Positions 59,146 to 64,000 of a DNA stretch of 64,000 nucleotides are shown here, one piece after another. This DNA comes from Planctomycetota bacterium (GTDB taxonomy: Bacteria > Planctomycetota > JAJSAM01 > JAJVHW01), in assembly GCA_965248445.1 (NCBI GenBank), contig CBDFJG010000003.1, positions 1,376,001-1,440,000 of the forward strand, in the 5' to 3' direction. Within the stretch, counting starts at the first letter, position 1, and every line of letters starts with the position of its first letter. The translations under genes were made by a program, and so were the position numbers. The notes under the pieces were generated by a model. That model saw only the letters and a program-made list of their open reading frames with translations. It did not search any database and was not told the DNA's origin.

Positions 59146-61413
59146 TCAGTACTGGTGCGTCGACTCGGTCTCGGTGACCGGGCCAGCCGTGGTGCTGTCA
59201 GCGGTCAGGCTGACACCCAGACGCACGTCGCCCTCGGCCGTCGCCTTGACGACGACGCGATAGGTGGCGCGAGCCTTGGGCTGCAGCGGACCGAAGGGCG
59301 CGAACGTGACGACCTGGCCACTCACAGAGTGGCTGGTGCCGGCGTGGCCCTGGGCGCTGACGAACGACTGTTGCGGAGGCAGCGTGACCACGATCACGAC
59401 GTTGTTGTCCGGGGCGGTGCCCTGGTTCGTCACGTCGATCACGTACGTCTCTGTTCCACCGACCTCGATGGGGTCATCCACATCGATGCACTCGAGCAAG
59501 ATGGCGGGGAGGCCCTCGACCCGGACCTCTGCGTCCGCACTGACGTCCGGCGCACAGTATGCGCGCGCGCTCGCCGTGTTGCGGACAGTGCCCTGGGTGT
59601 TGGCCGTCGTGACCATGTTGACAGTGCGGGACTCACCGACGTTCAGCGTTCCGAGGTTCCAGACAACCTGGTTGCCCTGGAGCGAGCCACCGTTGTCGGC
59701 GCTCTTGAACGTGGTGTCTGCGGGGACCGAGTCGGAAAGGACGACATCCTTCGCCGCCACGTCGCCGTTGCTTGTGACCGTCATGGTCCAAGTGATCGGG
59801 CGTCCCAACTTCCAAACCTGACCGTTGCTGCTCTTGGTGATCGCGAGCGAAGGCTGCTTGACCGTCGTGGTGCAGCTGGCGTCCGCCGTGTTGGCGTTGG
59901 ACGAGCTGACCGTGCAGGTGCGCGTGAACGTACCCGCGTTCGCGGCTGTGCAGTTCGCTTCGATCGAGCGGCTCTCGCCCGGCATAAGGGTGCCGATGAA
60001 GTGCTCGCCCGCAGGAGCGCAGTTGAGACCGGCCGGGTTCGTGCAACGAACCACCACGCCTTCGGCCGCGCCGTCACCGTTGTTGGTGACCGTGCAGCGC
60101 CAGACGATCGGGTCGCAGCGGATGACCTCGGACGGGCAGGTGCAAGTGATCGAGAGCTGCGGCGTGCGCTTCGGCTCGATCTGCGTCGTTGCCTGGCAGT
60201 CGTGCGTCAGTGCGCCGTTCTCTGCGGAGACAGTGGCGCGGTTGTTCGCGCTGCCGGCGCCGGTCGCGGTGACCGTGACGCTCATGCTGCGAGATCCGCC
60301 TGCCTCGAGGCTGCCGACGTTCCACGTGACGGTGTTGCCACCGCCGGAACCACCAGCCGAAGCCGACACGAAGCTGACGTTGTTCGGCAGCGTGTCAGTC
60401 ACCGTCACACCACGCGCGTCGATGTCCGACGGGTTGTTGATGGTGATGTTGTAGTCGAACGTGTCGCCGACCGTGACCATCGACGGTCCGGTCTTCGAGC
60501 AGTTGATCTCAGGCTTGACCCACGTCTTGCGGACGACGCCCGAGATGATGTGCTTCTCGGGGATGCAGCAGGCGGCGTTGGCCGGCTGGACGATCGAGAT
60601 CTCGACGTCGTTCGTGCCGACCTGACCACTGCCGTTCAGCGTCGCGCTCGCGACACCCGACGAGTCGGTCATGACCATGACGGACTGACCGCCGCCCTGG
60701 AAGGACGCGGACGGCCCACCGATGATCTCGTAGTTGACGTGGTAACCGACGAGCGGCGTGCCGTCGCTGTAACGCATCACGCGAGTCGTGAACGTGTGAG
60801 GCGAGCCAATGCGGTTCGTGGCATCGACCGGCCACTCCCACGTGACGTCCATCCAGTTCTTCGTCGCGAACGCCTTGTGCTTGTCCCAGTTCGAGATGTT
60901 GGGCGCATAGGCGATGACGTTCGAGGTGCCCTCGGACGCCGACGTGATCACGGCCCAGGTCTGACCCGGTCCGATCTGGACGTCATCCGACGAATCGGCG
61001 TTGCCGCGGTCCAGCACGTAGCCGCTCGATGCGGTGCGCGACATGGCGTAGCCATTGTCGACCTTCTCACCACCATCGACGTCGACGATCGCGCCGTCAC
61101 CGGTCAGCATCCACTCGACCTTCTCGCCGGCCATCGGGTTGCCGTTCTGGTCGCGCACGGTCGCCACGAGGACGTGCTGTGTGCGAACAGGGTTGACGGC
61201 GACCTCGGGCGAGATCGTGATGCCGGGCGAACCGACGTAGACCACCGGCGGCGGCGCAGGAACCACGACGACGACCGGGGGTTGAACAACAACAGGGGCC
61301 GGCGGCCTAGGCGACTTGGGCTTCGTGTAGCACGAAGTACAACCCGACAGGCCGATGGCGACTGTGGCGAGCCCTGTGGCAAGCGACAGCCTCACGAAAC
61401 TTCCGCTCAGCAT
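59146..61413 (-). CDS. OmcB-like DUF11-repeat lipoprotein with Ig-like N-terminal domains
   Basis: Lipobox LSGC; DUF11 repeats; C-terminus DPIEVG...VTNQGTAPD.NV...GDVR....TETESTHQY resembles chlamydial OmcB. Confidence 0.85.
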   Translation of the reverse strand: MLSGSFVRLSLATGLATVAIGLSGCTSCYTKPKSPRPPAPVVVQPPVVVVVPAPPPVVYVGSPGITISPEVAVNPVRTQHVLVATVRDQNGNPMAGEKVEWMLTGDGAIVDVDGGEKVDNGYAMSRTASSGYVLDRGNADSSDDVQIGPGQTWAVITSASEGTSNVIAYAPNISNWDKHKAFATKNWMDVTWEWPVDATNRIGSPHTFTTRVMRYSDGTPLVGYHVNYEIIGGPSASFQGGGQSVMVMTDSSGVASATLNGSGQVGTNDVEISIVQPANAACCIPEKHIISGVVRKTWVKPEINCSKTGPSMVTVGDTFDYNITINNPSDIDARGVTVTDTLPNNVSFVSASAGGSGGGNTVTWNVGSLEAGGSRSMSVTVTATGAGSANNRATVSAENGALTHDCQATTQIEPKRTPQLSITCTCPSEVIRCDPIVWRCTVTNNGDGAAEGVVVRCTNPAGLNCAPAGEHFIGTLMPGESRSIEANCTAANAGTFTRTCTVSSSNANTADASCTTTVKQPSLAITKSSNGQVWKLGRPITWTMTVTSNGDVAAKDVVLSDSVPADTTFKSADNGGSLQGNQVVWNLGTLNVGESRTVNMVTTANTQGTVRNTASARAYCAPDVSADAEVRVEGLPAILLECIDVDDPIEVGGTETYVIDVTNQGTAPDNNVVIVVTLPPQQSFVSAQGHAGTSHSVSGQVVTFAPFGPLQPKARATYRVVVKATAEGDVRLGVSLTADSTTAGPVTETESTHQY

Positions 61414-61829
61414 TCCCATCTCCTCACTAAGACTTCCAGGCACCCGGAGTTGGCGCGAACTCATCATCCGCCAAATCGGAAAACGCCGTTCCCGGCCTAG
61501 CCCAACGCAGCGCAATCTAAGCAGTCCGCTGTGCGTGACAAGGGGAATTTCGGCCTCCCAGGAACCGATCCCGGGAGCCCCGAAGCCGCCTCGACCGGAT
61601 CGCCGCCGCCAAGAACGGCGGCAGCCTGGCCGAAGAGACCTCTGCGCTTTCCTCCGAATCCGACGCCCCCACTCGGGGCGCACCGACCCATTCCTATGGA
61701 ACGGTCGGCCTTCCGCGTGCCCTCTAGTTGACTTCCAGGAGGCTGTGAGCACATCCCCCGTCGCCCCACGCGACGGACGAAAAGATGTCCCCAAACACGC
61801 CTTCCCGGCAACAATCCGCGACCCACGGA

Positions 61830-61904
61830 GCGGGCGTAACTCAGCGGTAGAGTGGCAGCTTCCCAAGCTGCAGGTCGTGGGTTCGATTCCCATCGCCCGC
61901 TCCA
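61830..61904 (+). tRNA. tRNA-Gly(CCC)
   Basis: GCGGGCG/CGCCCGC acceptor stem, loop TTCCCAA, GGTTCGATTCC, CCA. Confidence 0.97.
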
Positions 61905-62224
61905 CTCCGGCCTGAGCACCCCGCCCCCCGAACACGAGCTCGGGGGCCGTCTCAGTCTCGCGCACGCACGGCCAGTCAAGTTCACTGCACCGTCCGTCCG
62001 CGATCTCGCGGCGCCGCAGGGGTCCCTCGTGCGTGTGACCGCACTGCCCGGGAAGGGCTCCTAGGAGCGACTTCCACCTCTTTGGCGCCTCGAAGACTAC
62101 GACGCTATCCCGCCACTTCGTTCGCCATAGTTAAGAGCGAGCGAAGGTGTACGGAAAGCCCGAGCCTTCGCTTGAGCAAATGCACACGGCGTGCCGAGTC
62201 GTTCCCAGGCTCCCTCGGACGGGC

Positions 62225-63274
62225 TCAGCCGCCGATCTGGTGCATGCGGCGTCCCTTGGCGTGGACTCCCCTGTCGAGCGCATGACCCGTCGGCTTGCCG
62301 GCCACCGCACTGAGCAGGATCTGGGACACCTGTTCACGACGCTCCGAAGCGGCGACCGGCGAGCGCAGCGCCGCGCGGACGTCGAGTTCCGTATCGTGGA
62401 GCAGACACAGGTGGAAGCGGCCGTCTGCGGTCAGGCGCATTCGGTTGCAGCTGCCGCAATAGGGCTTGCTGACGGGCGAGATGAACCCGATGACCCCGGG
62501 TGCGCCCGCGAGTCGGAAGTTCTCGCTCTCGTCCGCCGGGTTCCTGCTCGGCACGGAGGTGAGCGGACCGAGCGCGGCCTCGACACGCTGACGTGTCTCC
62601 ACGTTCGAGACGTACTGCGTGACCGAGACCCGCGCCTCCTCGCCACCCCCGAGAGGCATCAGCTCGATGAACCGGACGTGCCAGGCGTTCTCGATCGTGA
62701 GTCGTGCGAGGTCGGCCACCTGCGTGTCGTTCAGACCCTTGACGACAACGGCGTTCAGCTTCATGGGCACGAGACCGGCGCGTTCGGCCCCACGGATGCC
62801 GGCGAGCACGCGGTCGAGCCGCCCGAGGCGCATGATCTCGGGCAGCGTGCGGGCGGACAGCGTGTCCAGGTGGACGTTGACGCGGTCGAGGCCCGCCGCG
62901 GCCAGGTCCTCCGCCATCTCCGGAAGCCGCACGGCGTTGGTCGTCATCGAGAGATCCTCGACGCCGGGAACCGCAGCGATGCGCCGCACGACGTCGAGCA
63001 CGTCGCGCCGCAACGTCGGCTCGCCGCCGGTGAGCCGGAACTTGCGGAAGCCCAGAACGGTGGCGACGCGCACGACCTCCTCGATCTCGGCGGCGGTCAG
63101 GATGTCCGCGGAGTCCGCTAGGTCCGGCTGGGCGAGCGGCATGCAGTACACGCAACGCAGGTTGCAGCGATCCGTGAGCGAGATGCGGAGGTAGTCGATG
63201 ACCCGCCCGAATCGATCACGCGGCGCGTCGCGCATCTTGCCCGTCGACGGGACCGGCTGCTCCGCCTCGGTCAC
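62225..63274 (-). CDS. moaA: GTP 3',8-cyclase
   Basis: YLRISLTDRCNLRCVYCMP, RLTGGEP, RFIELMP, CGSCNRMRLTADG...CL, M.QIGG. Confidence 0.96.
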   Translation of the reverse strand: MTEAEQPVPSTGKMRDAPRDRFGRVIDYLRISLTDRCNLRCVYCMPLAQPDLADSADILTAAEIEEVVRVATVLGFRKFRLTGGEPTLRRDVLDVVRRIAAVPGVEDLSMTTNAVRLPEMAEDLAAAGLDRVNVHLDTLSARTLPEIMRLGRLDRVLAGIRGAERAGLVPMKLNAVVVKGLNDTQVADLARLTIENAWHVRFIELMPLGGGEEARVSVTQYVSNVETRQRVEAALGPLTSVPSRNPADESENFRLAGAPGVIGFISPVSKPYCGSCNRMRLTADGRFHLCLLHDTELDVRAALRSPVAASERREQVSQILLSAVAGKPTGHALDRGVHAKGRRMHQIGG

Positions 63275-64000
63275 GCAGATATCTCCAGCATGCGCTTGAT
63301 CGGCGCCAGTGCGCGGCGCCGGATCTCCTCGTCGAGTTCGAGCCGCGGCTCGAGGTCCCTCAGACAAAGGAACAGCTTGCGCATGGTGTTCTTGCGCATG
63401 TGCGGACAGATCGCGCACGCGCATCCGTGCTCGGGATCGATCGCGAGCGTCTCGCCGCCGGCCTCGCGCTCTCCGGCGCGCGGGATCGTCGCGATCGTCG
63501 CTGCGCCCAGCACGTTGCTGCGCGACGGCGGCAATGGGACCACCTTGGCGTTCGGCACACGGCGACGGATCTCGTGCAGGAGTCCGGACTCGGTTGCGAT
63601 GATGAACGTCGCGTCCGGCTCGTCCTGGACGCGCTTGATCAGGCCCGAGGTCGAGCCGACGAAGTCCGCCAGTTCGAGGACGTCGGGAGGACACTCCGGG
63701 TGCGCGATCACGATCGCGTCCGGCAACTCCATCATCAACTGCTCGAGTTGTTCGACCGCGAACGCGTCGTGCACCATGCAGCGCCCGGGCCAGAGCGTCA
63801 TGTCGCGCCCGGTCTTGCCGCGAAGCCAGTTCCCGAGGTGCTCGTCGGGGGCGAAGAGGATCGGCCGTCCTTCCTCGATGGACTGAACGACGCGCTCCGC
63901 GTTGCTGGACGTGCAGATCACGTCGGACATGGACTTCACCGCCGCCGAGCAGTTGATGTAGCTGATCACCGCGGCGCCGGGGTGCGCGTCGACCCACTCG
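63271..64000 (-). CDS. nadA: Quinolinate synthase (5' end outside window)
   Basis: SYINCSAAVK, CTSSNA, FAPDEHLG, CMVH, AHPEC, GSTSG, ATESG, CPHMRKNT. Confidence 0.95.
   Translation of the reverse strand, partial: EWVDAHPGAAVISYINCSAAVKSMSDVICTSSNAERVVQSIEEGRPILFAPDEHLGNWLRGKTGRDMTLWPGRCMVHDAFAVEQLEQLMMELPDAIVIAHPECPPDVLELADFVGSTSGLIKRVQDEPDATFIIATESGLLHEIRRRVPNAKVVPLPPSRSNVLGAATIATIPRAGEREAGGETLAIDPEHGCACAICPHMRKNTMRKLFLCLRDLEPRLELDEEIRRRALAPIKRMLEISA

Noticed and set aside
58132..61500. 1122-aa plus-strand ORF and similar long ORFs (804-2993, 31700-33649, 48720-50282, 54559-56484)
   Set aside because: Antisense shadows of real genes in high-GC DNA; Arg/Ala-rich with no motifs.
61905..62224. 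Integrated element at tRNA-Gly
   Set aside because: No integrase or repeated tRNA end; only a hairpin and intergenic DNA before moaA.

Overview
High-GC bacterial chromosomal segment, most likely from a Planctomycetota/PVC-type organism (inferred from an OmcB-like DUF11 lipoprotein, a HEAT-vWA protein, a planctomycete-style LepB and a pilin-like protein). Housekeeping genes (rph-rdgB-lepA-lepB, tRNA-Cys, tRNA-Gly, moaA, nadA, Lhr-type helicase, SRAP) are interleaved with a heavy IS load: one truncated IS256, two IS1380 copies at CTAG, three copies of one IS3-family element (one partial, forming a fold-back) and two distinct IS66 elements. Several of these have truncated or split genes. A prophage/integrative-element remnant at tRNA-Cys encodes an atypical tyrosine integrase, an excisionase and an RNA-polymerase alpha-CTD-like protein. 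Features the ORF track misses include a UGA-decoded selenoprotein (UxxC redoxin with SECIS-like hairpin), a 32-aa bL37-like ribosomal protein, a 47-aa Cys-rich phage lipoprotein, GTAG-type REP/3'-UTR repeats, apparent leaderless promoters and an ArsR/CadC-linked Cys-rich MacAB-type export operon. No CRISPR array was seen. All family calls are from motif recognition, not database searches.
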